Assembly: GCA_018900995.1 (NCBI GenBank)
Contig: JAHIFH010000012.1
Coordinates: forward strand, 1-47,373
Source of the DNA: Patescibacteria group bacterium
GTDB taxonomy: Bacteria; Patescibacteriota; Microgenomatia; PFEM01; JAHIFH01
Direction of reading: 5' to 3'
Length of the DNA: 47,373 bases
A program made the position numbers and the translations under genes. Within the stretch, counting starts at the first letter, position 1, and each line of letters starts with the position of its first letter. This document shows, in pieces, positions 32,717 through 43,373 of the stretch. Under the pieces are notes generated by a model. That model did no database searches, was not told the origin of the DNA, and was given only the letters and a program-made list of their open reading frames with translations.

Positions 32717-33599
32717 ATCGATTAATTAAAAAATCCCGAAAAGCAATTTTTTGCCAAGGACGACCGACAATCAAGCGACTCAAGCCCCATTTGAACAAAG
32801 CAATTTTCGCCCTCAAAGGAGCAAATTTCATCCCAAACAAAAGCCTATTCCTGGCCATATAGTAATCATGTAAAGGACCACCGACTTCACTAGAACCAGC
32901 ATTAAAATGCCACATTCTTGCTTGGGGAACAAACAATAATTTCCAACCCGCTTTTTTGGCTCTAACAGAAATATCATCATCTTCATAATAAAGAAAATAT
33001 CTTTCGTCAAAGAAACCAATCTCATCCAAAACTTCTCGCTTGATAAACATGCCGCAGCCAGAAACATAATCAGTTTCTTCGATCTGGTCATACTGTCCTT
33101 TATCAACCTCATTAACGCCTCGGCCAGTGCCAATTACGTTTGGCCAATCTATTTCGCCACCAGCATTCCAAAAGACTTTTCCTCGCTCGGATTTTTTATA
33201 GCGGTCGCGATGATATTCATAACCAGGAGCAAAATAAATTTTGGGTCCCAAAATGCCTGCCCCTTTTTTCTCCTCTGCCACTTTAGTCAATTGAACCAGA
33301 ACATCTGAAGCTAGCGTCGTATCATTGTTAATCAAGAAGATATAATCCGCTTTATCTTTAAGCGCTCTTTTGATTCCAAAATTGTTTCCCCCAACAAATC
33401 CAAGATTTTTCCCAGTTTCGAGAAAAACAAAGTTTTTAAATTTTCTCTTAAGCTCATCTAAATTCTCTTGAGGATTATTGTTAACAACAATTATTTCTAT
33501 CTTAAAATTATCAGTTTGAAGTTTTTTAACCGATTCTAAACATTGCCCAGTAAAATCTTTCCCTTTGTAATGAAGAATAATCAAAGCAATTTTTTTCAT
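32691..33599 (-). CDS. GT2 glycosyltransferase (rhamnosyltransferase-like subgroup)
   Basis: IALIILHYKGKDFTGQCLESV, IIVVNNNPQEN, FLINNDT and YYEDDDISVRAKKAGW. Confidence 0.85.
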   Translation of the reverse strand: MKKIALIILHYKGKDFTGQCLESVKKLQTDNFKIEIIVVNNNPQENLDELKRKFKNFVFLETGKNLGFVGGNNFGIKRALKDKADYIFLINNDTTLASDVLVQLTKVAEEKKGAGILGPKIYFAPGYEYHRDRYKKSERGKVFWNAGGEIDWPNVIGTGRGVNEVDKGQYDQIEETDYVSGCGMFIKREVLDEIGFFDERYFLYYEDDDISVRAKKAGWKLLFVPQARMWHFNAGSSEVGGPLHDYYMARNRLLFGMKFAPLRAKIALFKWGLSRLIVGRPWQKIAFRDFLINRFGKGSYEA

Positions 33600-34501
33600 T
33601 AACTTATTTTGCGCTTAATTCTTAGTTGAAGTTTTTTCAGAGGGTTTTTTAGTTCTTTTATGGCGGTGGTCGTCCACCAATAAGCCATCTCTTTACCTAA
33701 TTGCTGCATTTCCGCAATAAAGTCTTGTAAAGGCAATTCTTGGGTCTTGAAGCCTTGTTTTTCCCAAACCTTGAGGTATAAAACAAATTCAGAAAAAGCT
33801 TGAAGTAATGCTAAAACCAAACCATGAAGACCATCCTTATACCCCTCGCCAGCAAAAAAGCGGCTTAAAAACTCACCAGTCGGTTTTTTAATCAAATCCT
33901 GCCATTGAAATTGATATTTCTCATCAATTAATTCCTGAAGTTGAATATCCGTATAACGATTAAGCCGCTCCAAGTATTGAGAAATTGATTCGTAATGATA
34001 GTGAATAATGGCATTCGCTTTTTTTGCTTCCAAGTCTTTCCCTTCACCCTTAGTCAAAGGAACACTATGGATCTTATCTGACCAAGCAACCGAGCCTTTT
34101 CTAAAAAAACGAACAATCAGGTCTGGCCACCAGCGAGAGTATTTCATCCATTTGCCAAAAATAATATTTTTCCTTGGCAAACGGAAAAAATTAGGTCCTT
34201 TAGGATTTTTAGCTAATTTTTTCAGAATCTTGGCTAATGACAAAGGAATCTCTTCATCAGTATCAAGAACTAAAACCCAATCACTCGTTGCCTTAGAGAT
34301 AGCAAAATTCCTGGCTGGTTCAACATAGCGGGTATAGCGGTGGGTAAAGGTCTTGGCACCATCTTTTTTAGCCAGAGTAACAGTTTTGTCAGTCGATTCC
34401 ATGTCCACGACGACAACCTCGTCCGCCCATTTGACTGAGTCAAGACAGCGCTTGATATTCTTTTCTTCGTTTCTTGTATTAATAACAACCGAAATTGCCA
34501 T
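33599..34501 (-). CDS. GT2 glycosyltransferase (WaaE/KdtX-like subgroup)
   Basis: ISVVINTRNEEKNIKRCLDSVKWADEVVVVDMESTDKT and VLDTDEEI. Confidence 0.9.
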   Translation of the reverse strand: MAISVVINTRNEEKNIKRCLDSVKWADEVVVVDMESTDKTVTLAKKDGAKTFTHRYTRYVEPARNFAISKATSDWVLVLDTDEEIPLSLAKILKKLAKNPKGPNFFRLPRKNIIFGKWMKYSRWWPDLIVRFFRKGSVAWSDKIHSVPLTKGEGKDLEAKKANAIIHYHYESISQYLERLNRYTDIQLQELIDEKYQFQWQDLIKKPTGEFLSRFFAGEGYKDGLHGLVLALLQAFSEFVLYLKVWEKQGFKTQELPLQDFIAEMQQLGKEMAYWWTTTAIKELKNPLKKLQLRIKRKIS

Positions 34502-34509
34502 CGCTCTAT

Positions 34510-36237
34510 CTAAATGATACCACGAACCTGGTAAATTCTCGCTTCACCATTATCAAAAATTTTGTCTACTCCCAATTCATCTTCAGGTAATAAAAACCTT
34601 TGTCTATCAGTCAAATAAATATAGCCAATTTGATTGTTAAGCAGAAATCCTCGCGCCCAAATTTTATCTTCGGAAATAAAAAACTTCAATTCATCCCCAC
34701 CTCTTTGCTTAATATCATAGCCAGAGATAAGCAGATTCATTTCATCTTCTAAAAATGTTTGTTTCCCGGAAAAAGCAGAAACGTAAGCGGTTGTTTCATA
34801 CACATATAAAGGAATTGGTGTCTGTTTAAATCTTTCCTTTTCAAAAGGATTATAAAAAAAGGTTAAGACAGTAGCTTCCTTCTGTTTTTTCAAAAAATCT
34901 AGTGCTTCCAGTTCGCCTTTTGACAAAGCAGTTGGCGGTGGCCAACCTAAATAGCCCTTGAGAGTAGAAAAACTAGTAGGAATAGTCAATAAAATAATTA
35001 TTCCTAGTAAAATCCATTTATAGTTCTTTTTAATTTTCATCATTTTTGATAAAGCCACTGCGGCATAGAAATTGGCAAAAAAGAGAAAATAATAGAAAAA
35101 TTGAATCGTATTCCAAGCGGTTCCTTTTTGGACAAAAACCAGAGGAATTAACAAACCCACCGCTCCCCCAATTAGAATAAAAGCATCAAGATCAGTAAAA
35201 TCTTTTTTAATATTTTTTTCAATCAAAGTCTTCAAGCCAATAACTCTCGTTCCTAAATTGCCAAGTAAAAAAATTCCCAAGGTACCAAGTTCAAGAGCAA
35301 ATAGCCTCGGCCCAAACTTGCCTTCAATTAAAGTGTACCTTGCTAAAGCTAATCTCTGCAGATAAAACCGATCCGAAGATTCAATCATTGTATGAATAAA
35401 CCAAAGAGGTTCAAAAACCAGTAAAGAAGCCGCTTTTTTGTTGATGAGAAAAAAAGTTGCCAAAGAGGTAACTAAGGCAACCAAAAACACCCCCAGATAT
35501 TGTTTTTTGTTTTGCCATAATTTAAAGAGAGCAAAAACTAACAAGGCGGGTAAGGCAATAATGCCGGCATAAACTTTAATATCAATCAACATCCCAAAAA
35601 GTAAACCAAGACCGATAATTTTCCAGCGGTTCCAATTCTTTACTCGTAATAACAAGTACATTCCCGCCAATAAAACCACTAAAGAAAAAGCAAAAGGAGG
35701 ATTTACTAAAGTAGAAATTGATTGCATTGACCAAAACAGAGATTCACCCCCCAATTCGCCGGTGCGCCATAATGTGACTAGAAAACCAAAAGAACCAGCA
35801 AAATAATTAAAAAAGGCAAGCCAAAAACCAGTCCAAAAATCTTTTTGCCAATAATAACCAACCAAAAACGATAACCAGCCGATTCCTAAAGCCAAAAAGA
35901 AAGGAAAAATTTGAAAATAGAGATGGCGAATAGGAATGAAGGTTAATTTATTAACAATAGCTATAACTAAATCATAAAAATAATGGTAGTTAGTTAATTC
36001 AAAGCTAGCCAAAGTTGGATGAGGAGGAGGAAAACCTTTCAAAACCTGATTAGCTAAAGCCAAATGCCAAACTCCATCATGACCATTTGGGCCCCAAAAA
36101 CCCATGCCAAAATCATAAATCAAACCACTCCGGAACATAGTTATTCCTTGGGCTAAGACACCAAAGGAAAGTAAAATAGTTAGAAAAATTTTATGCTTTC
36201 TTTTTAAGGGCATGGATAACTTTCTTGCTGTCAGCAA
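34510..36237 (-). CDS. Large polytopic membrane protein, unclassified (candidate GT-C / polymerase-ligase-like)
   Basis: More than 12 hydrophobic helices, a GPNGHDGVWHLALANQ loop, and a C-terminal soluble domain. No family recognised with confidence. Confidence 0.45.
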   Translation of the reverse strand: MLTARKLSMPLKRKHKIFLTILLSFGVLAQGITMFRSGLIYDFGMGFWGPNGHDGVWHLALANQVLKGFPPPHPTLASFELTNYHYFYDLVIAIVNKLTFIPIRHLYFQIFPFFLALGIGWLSFLVGYYWQKDFWTGFWLAFFNYFAGSFGFLVTLWRTGELGGESLFWSMQSISTLVNPPFAFSLVVLLAGMYLLLRVKNWNRWKIIGLGLLFGMLIDIKVYAGIIALPALLVFALFKLWQNKKQYLGVFLVALVTSLATFFLINKKAASLLVFEPLWFIHTMIESSDRFYLQRLALARYTLIEGKFGPRLFALELGTLGIFLLGNLGTRVIGLKTLIEKNIKKDFTDLDAFILIGGAVGLLIPLVFVQKGTAWNTIQFFYYFLFFANFYAAVALSKMMKIKKNYKWILLGIIILLTIPTSFSTLKGYLGWPPPTALSKGELEALDFLKKQKEATVLTFFYNPFEKERFKQTPIPLYVYETTAYVSAFSGKQTFLEDEMNLLISGYDIKQRGGDELKFFISEDKIWARGFLLNNQIGYIYLTDRQRFLLPEDELGVDKIFDNGEARIYQVRGII

Positions 36238-37684
36238 TAAATTGCTGACCTATCATCAGATAAATTATCCCAAAATAAACTAGACCGCCCAAAACGGTCA
36301 AACCAATAATCCCAAGAATATTCTTGGCTAACCAAGGAGTTAAGATAAAAATCAAAATTCCCATTACCAAACTAGCCATTATTGGCTTGATAATGGAAGC
36401 AATAAACCTAAATTCAATGTATTGCTTCGTTATCCAAATCGCTATTACTGAACTAAAACCAACTATCGCTGAGGCGGCTGCTACTCCATTAAAACCGAAT
36501 TTGATGGCTAATAAAGGAAAGAAAATCCAAGTAAGAATTGTCCACATAACCATTAATTTGAAAACTGTTTTGATTTTTCCGATAGCGGTCAAAGCATTAG
36601 TCAAGGGAGTCGTCACTGCTCCCCAAAGACTATTGATGGCATAAAGATATAAAGCTAGAAGAGCAATTTCCCACTTGCTGTACCGGGGAAGAATCAGTAC
36701 TAAAGGCCGTGCGATCAAACAAAGACCAATTATCATTGGAAAAACAAGCAAAGTAATAAAAAACAAAGTTTTTTCTATTGCTTGACTGAGTTCTTTTTTT
36801 TGCTCCTGCATTCGGGCATAGGCAGGAAAGGTCACCTTAATCACCGCATCCATAATAAAGCGAAGGGGCATTTGGGCCCATTTTTGCGCCCAACCAAGAA
36901 TCCCCACTCCCGTAGCACCAATAATTTTCCAAAGAAAAACATTCATTAAGCGGTCTTTAATCACTGCCAAAAAAGTATTAGCTTGATATGGAACACCAAA
37001 GCGAAGCAGATGTTTTAAGGAATCTTTTTCAAAAGCAAACCCAATCTTCCAAGGCGAAAGAAGATAAATTAGAATCACTCCGGCAATCCCTCTTGCCAGA
37101 ACCGCCCAAGCATAGCTGACAACGCCAAAGCCCTGCCAAGCTAAAAGAACAGCCAAACCATAAAAAAGTAGGCTTTCAATAATTTCCACGATTACTAAAA
37201 GGTCGAATCGCAATTTTCTCTCTAAAAGGACAGAAGGAATTGTTTTTAAGGAAGCCAGAAAAAAACCAGCAGCTAAAGCCCAAAGTAGCCAAATTCCTGG
37301 TTGGCTGATGTTATAAAAATTGCGCAACCAGGGAGTGAGAACAAAAACCAAAACTATCAAAGTCAAAACTAGAGCTTGTTGAATAGTAAAAGTGCTTCGA
37401 ATATCCGCAAGTTTCGGTTTTTCTTTTTTTTGAATTAAAGCGGCGGCTAAGCCAATATCGGAAAAATAACCCAAAATAGCAATCAATTCAGAGACGGCAA
37501 AAAACAAGCCAATTTCCGCTGTGCCAAGGAAGACAGTTAAAAGAAAGAAGCCAAAAAAAGAAATAATTTGAAGAAAAAAAGTCCGCCCTGTTAGAGCAAC
37601 TACCCCTTTAACTGCCCGTCCTTTAACCGTTTCCAAATCAATTTCCAAAGCGCTTTCCGGCATGCCTTCAACCATTTCTTCCAT
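36191..37684 (-). CDS. Wzx/MOP-superfamily polysaccharide flippase
   Basis: About 14 TM helices. The N-terminal VKGVVALTGRTFFLQIISFFGFFLLTVFLG...GLAAALIQKK is typical of polysaccharide biosynthesis (PST) proteins. Confidence 0.75.
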   Translation of the reverse strand: MEEMVEGMPESALEIDLETVKGRAVKGVVALTGRTFFLQIISFFGFFLLTVFLGTAEIGLFFAVSELIAILGYFSDIGLAAALIQKKEKPKLADIRSTFTIQQALVLTLIVLVFVLTPWLRNFYNISQPGIWLLWALAAGFFLASLKTIPSVLLERKLRFDLLVIVEIIESLLFYGLAVLLAWQGFGVVSYAWAVLARGIAGVILIYLLSPWKIGFAFEKDSLKHLLRFGVPYQANTFLAVIKDRLMNVFLWKIIGATGVGILGWAQKWAQMPLRFIMDAVIKVTFPAYARMQEQKKELSQAIEKTLFFITLLVFPMIIGLCLIARPLVLILPRYSKWEIALLALYLYAINSLWGAVTTPLTNALTAIGKIKTVFKLMVMWTILTWIFFPLLAIKFGFNGVAAASAIVGFSSVIAIWITKQYIEFRFIASIIKPIMASLVMGILIFILTPWLAKNILGIIGLTVLGGLVYFGIIYLMIGQQFIADSKKVIHALKKKA

Positions 37685-37713
37685 GCCCTAATTTTATCAC
37701 AATTACCCCAGAT

Positions 37714-39405
37714 TTATCTCTCTCGCCTTTCTTGCCAAAAAATAGCTAAAATCAATAGAGAAAAACTAAAAAGACTAATCGCATTGGCTGTTTTTCTTAG
37801 AGGGGTATTTCTCAGCCAAGCAGTAACGGTTCGCTTATTCAGAGGAACTTGTACCTGAATAACCCCAGTTTCTGGATTAACTTGGTAATCAATTTTGTCT
37901 AAATCGGCAAAAACTTCCCATTGGGGAAAATCAAAAATAGGCACTTCTACCATTGGGTTTTGGTCGCCAATTGTTTCAATGGTGAAACGCCAGAAATTTG
38001 ACCTTTTTCTAAATTGACTCACTTTTGCCTCGCCTTCAATTACTCGCGGTTCTTCAGGTGCCAGTTCTCGAGGATATTCTTTCATTCCTTTGGGCACATA
38101 ATCATTGAGAGTAGTCATTGATTGTCTCCGCCATTCTTCTCCAGAGAGTTTTGTTTGGTCAGTCATTTGAAAATCATATTTTTCTGGATGAAAATAACCC
38201 CAATTAAGCACCGCCACCAAAAAAACCAAAATTAAACTTAATAACATTTGTCGTCGCCTATTTTTCAAGAAAACAAACAGTCCACCAGCTAAAAATGAGC
38301 TGGCTAATATGGCAATCGCTAAAAACCGCCAAGGAAACTGAACAAAGGACAAAAGAGGTAGTGCTTTCCAGATAAAGACTGACTTAGCGTGAGCCATAAA
38401 AACAGCCAAACCAAAAAGAGCAAGAAAAAAGGCAAACGTCCAAAGAAATTTTCTTTTTTTACGTAAGAAAAAATAGACAAAAACACCGCCGGCAATAATC
38501 ACCACCCACCAATGAAGCCAACCAATTTGGAAAGAGAGGTCATCATCAGGACCCGGTTTTGAAGGACCAAAACCCCAGTGCCGAGAGATAAAGAGCTGTT
38601 TGACAGTGGCAAAATGTTGGTGGAAATTGTAATAACCAGCGGTGTGTTGTTCTAGGGTTACCAAAGATTTTTCAAAAAAAGCGGGTAAAACAAAGAAAGC
38701 TGCCAAACCAATTGCCCATACAAAAACAACACCCAAAGGAATCACTTTTCTCCATTTTTTGGTTTGAAAAATCCAATAAATCCCCCAAATAAAAGCAATA
38801 GGAGTAAAAAGCAAAGCCATAACATTGTGGGAAAGAAACAAGAAAGTTAAAGAAAAAAGGCTAGCCAAAAACAAAGAAAACTTGGAAGTTTTAATTAATT
38901 TATAAATGCTCCAAAGGATTAAAGGAAAAAAGACCACTGCCCAGGATTCAGTCATGGCACCCCTAACATAAACATCTACTGCATGATACGGCGCTAAAAC
39001 ATAAAATGCGCTAGCAACCATTCCTGCCCACTTGCCAAAAAACTCTTTAACCAACAAATACATAAAAATTCCTGATAAAAGAAAGGTTAAGAAGAAAAGA
39101 ATTTTAACAATATCAACAAAGCTCAAACTCAGTAAGCGAAAAATCATCCCTAAGTAATAGGGAAAAACAGGGTGATAGTTAAACAAAGGGTGTCCGTAAC
39201 CAGCTCCCATATCAGGAATCCAACGACAAGGGATTTGTCCGTCCTGGAAGCATTTCTCCATTTCATAAAGACGCATTACTTGAACATCATCGTGCATAGA
39301 GAAATAACCAGGTCTTAATAAAGCCTGACCAGCTAAAATAGCAATAATAATTACTAATATAAATGGAATTAAGTTTTTTACTCTATCTAGACTTTCTTTT
39401 TTCAT
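37714..39405 (-). CDS. COG5617 / PTPS-related-type polytopic membrane protein (GT-C-like)
   Basis: GYFSMHDDVQVMRLYEMEKCFQDGQIPCRWIPDMGAGYGHPLFNYHP, many TM helices and a C-terminal soluble domain. Confidence 0.5.
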   Translation of the reverse strand: MKKESLDRVKNLIPFILVIIIAILAGQALLRPGYFSMHDDVQVMRLYEMEKCFQDGQIPCRWIPDMGAGYGHPLFNYHPVFPYYLGMIFRLLSLSFVDIVKILFFLTFLLSGIFMYLLVKEFFGKWAGMVASAFYVLAPYHAVDVYVRGAMTESWAVVFFPLILWSIYKLIKTSKFSLFLASLFSLTFLFLSHNVMALLFTPIAFIWGIYWIFQTKKWRKVIPLGVVFVWAIGLAAFFVLPAFFEKSLVTLEQHTAGYYNFHQHFATVKQLFISRHWGFGPSKPGPDDDLSFQIGWLHWWVVIIAGGVFVYFFLRKKRKFLWTFAFFLALFGLAVFMAHAKSVFIWKALPLLSFVQFPWRFLAIAILASSFLAGGLFVFLKNRRRQMLLSLILVFLVAVLNWGYFHPEKYDFQMTDQTKLSGEEWRRQSMTTLNDYVPKGMKEYPRELAPEEPRVIEGEAKVSQFRKRSNFWRFTIETIGDQNPMVEVPIFDFPQWEVFADLDKIDYQVNPETGVIQVQVPLNKRTVTAWLRNTPLRKTANAISLFSFSLLILAIFWQERRER

Positions 39406-41044
39406 TGATTAACCACCCGCCAACGAATATTAAACTAGAAACAGTAAGCAAATCACCCAATATTCTTATTGGCGTTCTTTTCAACTTAACATAAAAATCA
39501 TGCTCTCCTTGATCAATATCAAAAGTGATTAAGCCCAAATCATTTTGATAATCAATTGGGGCTTTCTTGTCATCAATTTTCAACTCAAAATTAGGAAAGT
39601 AAAACAAAGGTAAACGAATCCTGGCTTGCTGAGAAAGAGTCCTAATTTTTCCCTTTTGCCAATCTGTTCCCTTTTCAAAGTGGATGACTTCGGCTTCTCC
39701 GGCTATTATCTCTGGTCCCTCAGGTGCTTTTTTACCAGGAGGAGCTTTGGCAAAAACGGGTAAGTAATCGAAAATACTTGCCGTTATCTGTTTTTGCCAT
39801 TCCTCTCCCGAAAGTTTATCTTGGTCAGAAATATCAAACCAGTCCGCTGGTCTAAAGTAGTTAACATTTAGCATCATTACTCCGAGAATCATTAAAACAC
39901 TGACTAACAAAACATATTTTCTTAAATAGGAAACTACTGCCCCTGCCGCAAGGGAAAAGGCAAAAAGAACGATGGTTAAAAATCTCCAAGGGAACTGGAG
40001 ATAAGCCAAGAGAGCAATTTTTTTCCAAATAAAAGTTGACCGTTGATGGGCAAGAAAAGCGCTGAATAAACCAATGGCAATCAAAAATACAAGTACTAAA
40101 AACGAAAATCTCTCTTTCCTCGCTTTTCCTAAACCAATCATTAAAGCAATTAAGGCAAATAGCCAATGGAAAACGCCCACCGCAAAAGTAAAATCATCAT
40201 TAGGACCAAACTCGCTTGAACCATACCCCCAGTGAGTGGAAAAAAATAATTGCCGAATGGAAGCAAAGTGGGCTAAATAATTAAAGTAACCAACAATCAT
40301 TGACTCAACATGGACAAGGTTTTTTTCAAAAACAGCCGGAAGGATAAAAAACCCAGCTAGACATACGCTTAAGACTGCCCCTAAAAATAACTGAGGTAAT
40401 ATTTCCCATCTTCGGTAATACCAAAGTAAAAAAAGCCCCCAAGCTACGGCAATGGGAGTAAAAATTAAGGAAGTAATATTGTGTGTCAAAAGTAAACCAG
40501 CATAACTCAGCCCTAAGAAAATAAGATACTTCGTTTTCTTTTGACGAACGAATTCAAGGATCGCCCAAAAAATCAAAGGCAGAAAAATCAAAGCCGTAAA
40601 CTCCCCGACTGCCCCTCGGCTATAAACATCAGTCGCCCGGTAAGGGGCATAAACATAAAAAATTGCCGCAATCAGTCCGCCAAAATCTCCCCATAAAGAT
40701 CTCGCTAATAAAAACATGGCTAAGCCTGAAAAAATAAAACTCAAAATAAACTCAATCTTGATTGAAGCTAAGATGGAAAAACCTAAGAGATGAAAGGCTT
40801 CCATTAAATAATAAACTAAAGGAGGGTAATAAATGTATAAAGGGTATCCATAACCATAGCCCAAATCAGGTACCCAACGACACGGTATTTGACCATCTCG
40901 AACACATTTATCCATTCCTAAAACCCTGATTGGTTGCATATCATCATGCATCGGAAAATAGCCAGGCTTTAATAAAGATTTATAAGAAAAAAAGGTTAAG
41001 ATGATAACCAGAGAAATAAAAAGAAGCAGCTTTAACTTTTTCAT
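39383..41044 (-). CDS. COG5617 / PTPS-related-type polytopic membrane protein, tandem paralogue
   Basis: GYFPMHDDMQPIRVLGMDKCVRDGQIPCRWVPDLGYGYGYPLYIYYP. ATG 41044 gives an ATGA overlap with the upstream stop; the track uses TTG 41056. Confidence 0.5.
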   Translation of the reverse strand: MKKLKLLLFISLVIILTFFSYKSLLKPGYFPMHDDMQPIRVLGMDKCVRDGQIPCRWVPDLGYGYGYPLYIYYPPLVYYLMEAFHLLGFSILASIKIEFILSFIFSGLAMFLLARSLWGDFGGLIAAIFYVYAPYRATDVYSRGAVGEFTALIFLPLIFWAILEFVRQKKTKYLIFLGLSYAGLLLTHNITSLIFTPIAVAWGLFLLWYYRRWEILPQLFLGAVLSVCLAGFFILPAVFEKNLVHVESMIVGYFNYLAHFASIRQLFFSTHWGYGSSEFGPNDDFTFAVGVFHWLFALIALMIGLGKARKERFSFLVLVFLIAIGLFSAFLAHQRSTFIWKKIALLAYLQFPWRFLTIVLFAFSLAAGAVVSYLRKYVLLVSVLMILGVMMLNVNYFRPADWFDISDQDKLSGEEWQKQITASIFDYLPVFAKAPPGKKAPEGPEIIAGEAEVIHFEKGTDWQKGKIRTLSQQARIRLPLFYFPNFELKIDDKKAPIDYQNDLGLITFDIDQGEHDFYVKLKRTPIRILGDLLTVSSLIFVGGWLINEKRKSR

Positions 41045-42624
41045 CTTTTCCACCAAAATTCCCTGTCTAACTCAAAGAATAACAGCTGGTCTTGTTCGCC
41101 TTCTGGAGTAAGTGCTTTGGGATACTCTCCAACTAATTTCAATCCATAAGCCTCCGGCGGTATCTGTAGACGGCTTTGATTAACCACCAGATAAACATCA
41201 TTATCAACAAGCGAATTAACCAAACTGGAATGAACTCCAGTAATCGGATAACCCACCCCAATCACAGTCACATTGGGAACTTTTTCCAAATAAATCTGTA
41301 AACCATCAGGGAGGGTCCCAAAAGAGCCTTCAGTTCCCACCAAAACATTCTTTTCTTTTGCTTTTTCCTTAATAAAATCAGCAATTTCTCTAATCCCTTG
41401 CCCCGCCGTCCACTCCTCAAGATAACCAGAGCGCATCCTTCTTGGCAACGGTGCTTTTTCGGGCTCGGTTAATAATAAATAATTATAGTAAAGCGAAGGA
41501 ATGATGATTAACAGAATTAATAAGGCAAGGAGATTAGTTTTGATTTTTAATTTTTTAACCATTACTGAGAAAAAATAGGCAGCGATAATGAGAAGGGGCC
41601 AAATAGTAAAAAGAATATAGCGGGGAGTAAAAACCTTAGCAAAAACTGATTGAACCAACAAGGGCACGGCGCTAACTGAAAACAGCCAACTGGCCTGACG
41701 CCAATTTTCTCTTTTCAACCACATCCAAACCAAACCAGCCACGGCTAATAATAAAACTGGCCAAGTCAACAAATTGGGCAACCATTGAGCCAAATCAAAT
41801 AAATGGGGTTTAAGTGGATCAAAAGGATGGGAAAGAATCCATTCAAAAGAGAAAACGTAATCTTTGTTCCGAATAGCAATCATCTGAAAATTTGGACCTA
41901 AACGAAGCAAGTTATAAATCCCAAAAGCAAAAACATAAACTACTCCCCAGAGAATAACTATCTTTCCCAGATTTAGTAAGTGTTTTTTCTGAACAAAACG
42001 GCGTCGGCTAGGAAAAGGGTAAAATAGAAAAGTCGTTGGCAATAAAATTGCGTAAAAAAGCGCTGGTGATTTAGTGATTAATGCCGCGCCCAATATCATC
42101 CCAGTAATCATGGCTAAATCAAGGCGTAAATTTTTTATTAATAATAAGCCAAAATAAAAAAACCAGATCCCAAACATTGCCAGTAAAGAGTCAACCAAAG
42201 CCATCCGGTCGAAAAAAACAAAAAAGGGAACAACAGCATAAAACAAGGAAGTAATTAAAGAGGTTTTTTTATCTTTAAACAACTCATAGCTCAGTAAAAA
42301 GATACCAATCAGCGATCCCAAGCCAGCCAAAACTGATAAAAATCTGCCAGTAAAAAGAGGGTTTTTAATCACTCCTAAAGCAAACATTAACATCCACATA
42401 AAAAAGGGCTGTTTACCGTCAGAAAGAGGCAAAAAACGCAAAGTCGGCTCGGCTTTCATTACTTGAGACCAACGAATATAAATGGCTTCATCAGCAAAAA
42501 TAGGAAGAATGGTGAGATTAATCAGCCTCAATAAAAAGAAAACAATAAGAATCCCAATCCCGAAAATAATTGTCCATTTCCATTCTCGAAAAAATTTCTT
42601 AATCATACTTACCTCTCCAGTCAT
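41041..42624 (-). CDS. ArnT/GT39-like polytopic glycosyltransferase
   Basis: PIFADEAIYIRWSQ loop-1 motif, many TM helices and a C-terminal soluble domain. Confidence 0.7.
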   Translation of the reverse strand: MTGEVSMIKKFFREWKWTIIFGIGILIVFFLLRLINLTILPIFADEAIYIRWSQVMKAEPTLRFLPLSDGKQPFFMWMLMFALGVIKNPLFTGRFLSVLAGLGSLIGIFLLSYELFKDKKTSLITSLFYAVVPFFVFFDRMALVDSLLAMFGIWFFYFGLLLIKNLRLDLAMITGMILGAALITKSPALFYAILLPTTFLFYPFPSRRRFVQKKHLLNLGKIVILWGVVYVFAFGIYNLLRLGPNFQMIAIRNKDYVFSFEWILSHPFDPLKPHLFDLAQWLPNLLTWPVLLLAVAGLVWMWLKRENWRQASWLFSVSAVPLLVQSVFAKVFTPRYILFTIWPLLIIAAYFFSVMVKKLKIKTNLLALLILLIIIPSLYYNYLLLTEPEKAPLPRRMRSGYLEEWTAGQGIREIADFIKEKAKEKNVLVGTEGSFGTLPDGLQIYLEKVPNVTVIGVGYPITGVHSSLVNSLVDNDVYLVVNQSRLQIPPEAYGLKLVGEYPKALTPEGEQDQLLFFELDREFWWKR

Positions 42625-43351
42625 TAATTTTAACCCGCAAGATCTCTAAAAGCATCTCTTTAGATTCTTTGATAAAGCTTCTTTGTTTTCCTACGGCAAC
42701 GTCTCTGTCTTCCCAGGCTACTGGCACCTCTTTGATTTTATAACCCAATTTTTCCGCCACATAAAGCATTTCTACATCCCAGGCTCCCACTCGCCAACCT
42801 TTGGCTTCTCTTGTTTGTTTAAATATTTGCATTTTTTTAAAAATCTCTTTGCCTGCTTTTTGACCAAAAACTTTGAAACCACATTGAGTATCAATGATAT
42901 TTCGGAGTAAAAGTGTTCTTCTAAAAAAGCGAAAACCCCAAGAAATGATTTTTCGGTACCAGGGAAAGTGCCTCCTTTCCTTACCTCGCGAGCCAATAAC
43001 CACGTCAAATCCTTTTTTGAACCAAGGCAGTAACTTTTCTATCTCAGAGGCTGGGGCTGACTGGTCCATATCAGTAAACAAAACAATCTCTCCTTTAGCT
43101 TTCGTTAGACCAGATTTAATCGCAAAGGGCTTACCCGCATGCTTATTTCTTAATAATTTAAAACGAGAATGATATTTAACGTATTTCTCAACTATTTTTA
43201 AACTAGCATCAGTGGAACCATCATCAGAAACAATCACCTCACTGGCGTAGTCTTGTTTCTTAAGATAATTTTCTATTTCTTCCAAAACCCCTCGTTTGAG
43301 GTTTCTTTCCTCATTGAACATTGGGATGATAACTGAAAGATAGGGTTTCAT
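42599..43351 (-). CDS. GT2 polyprenol-phosphate sugar synthase-like (DPM1/ALG5/ArnC type)
   Basis: LSVIIPMFNEERNL..., EVIVSDDGSTDAS, HAGKPFAIKSGLTKAKGEIVLFTDMDQS. Confidence 0.75.
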   Translation of the reverse strand: MKPYLSVIIPMFNEERNLKRGVLEEIENYLKKQDYASEVIVSDDGSTDASLKIVEKYVKYHSRFKLLRNKHAGKPFAIKSGLTKAKGEIVLFTDMDQSAPASEIEKLLPWFKKGFDVVIGSRGKERRHFPWYRKIISWGFRFFRRTLLLRNIIDTQCGFKVFGQKAGKEIFKKMQIFKQTREAKGWRVGAWDVEMLYVAEKLGYKIKEVPVAWEDRDVAVGKQRSFIKESKEMLLEILRVKINDWRGKYD

Positions 43352-43373
43352 TTAATTATCCTCAATCTTTTCC

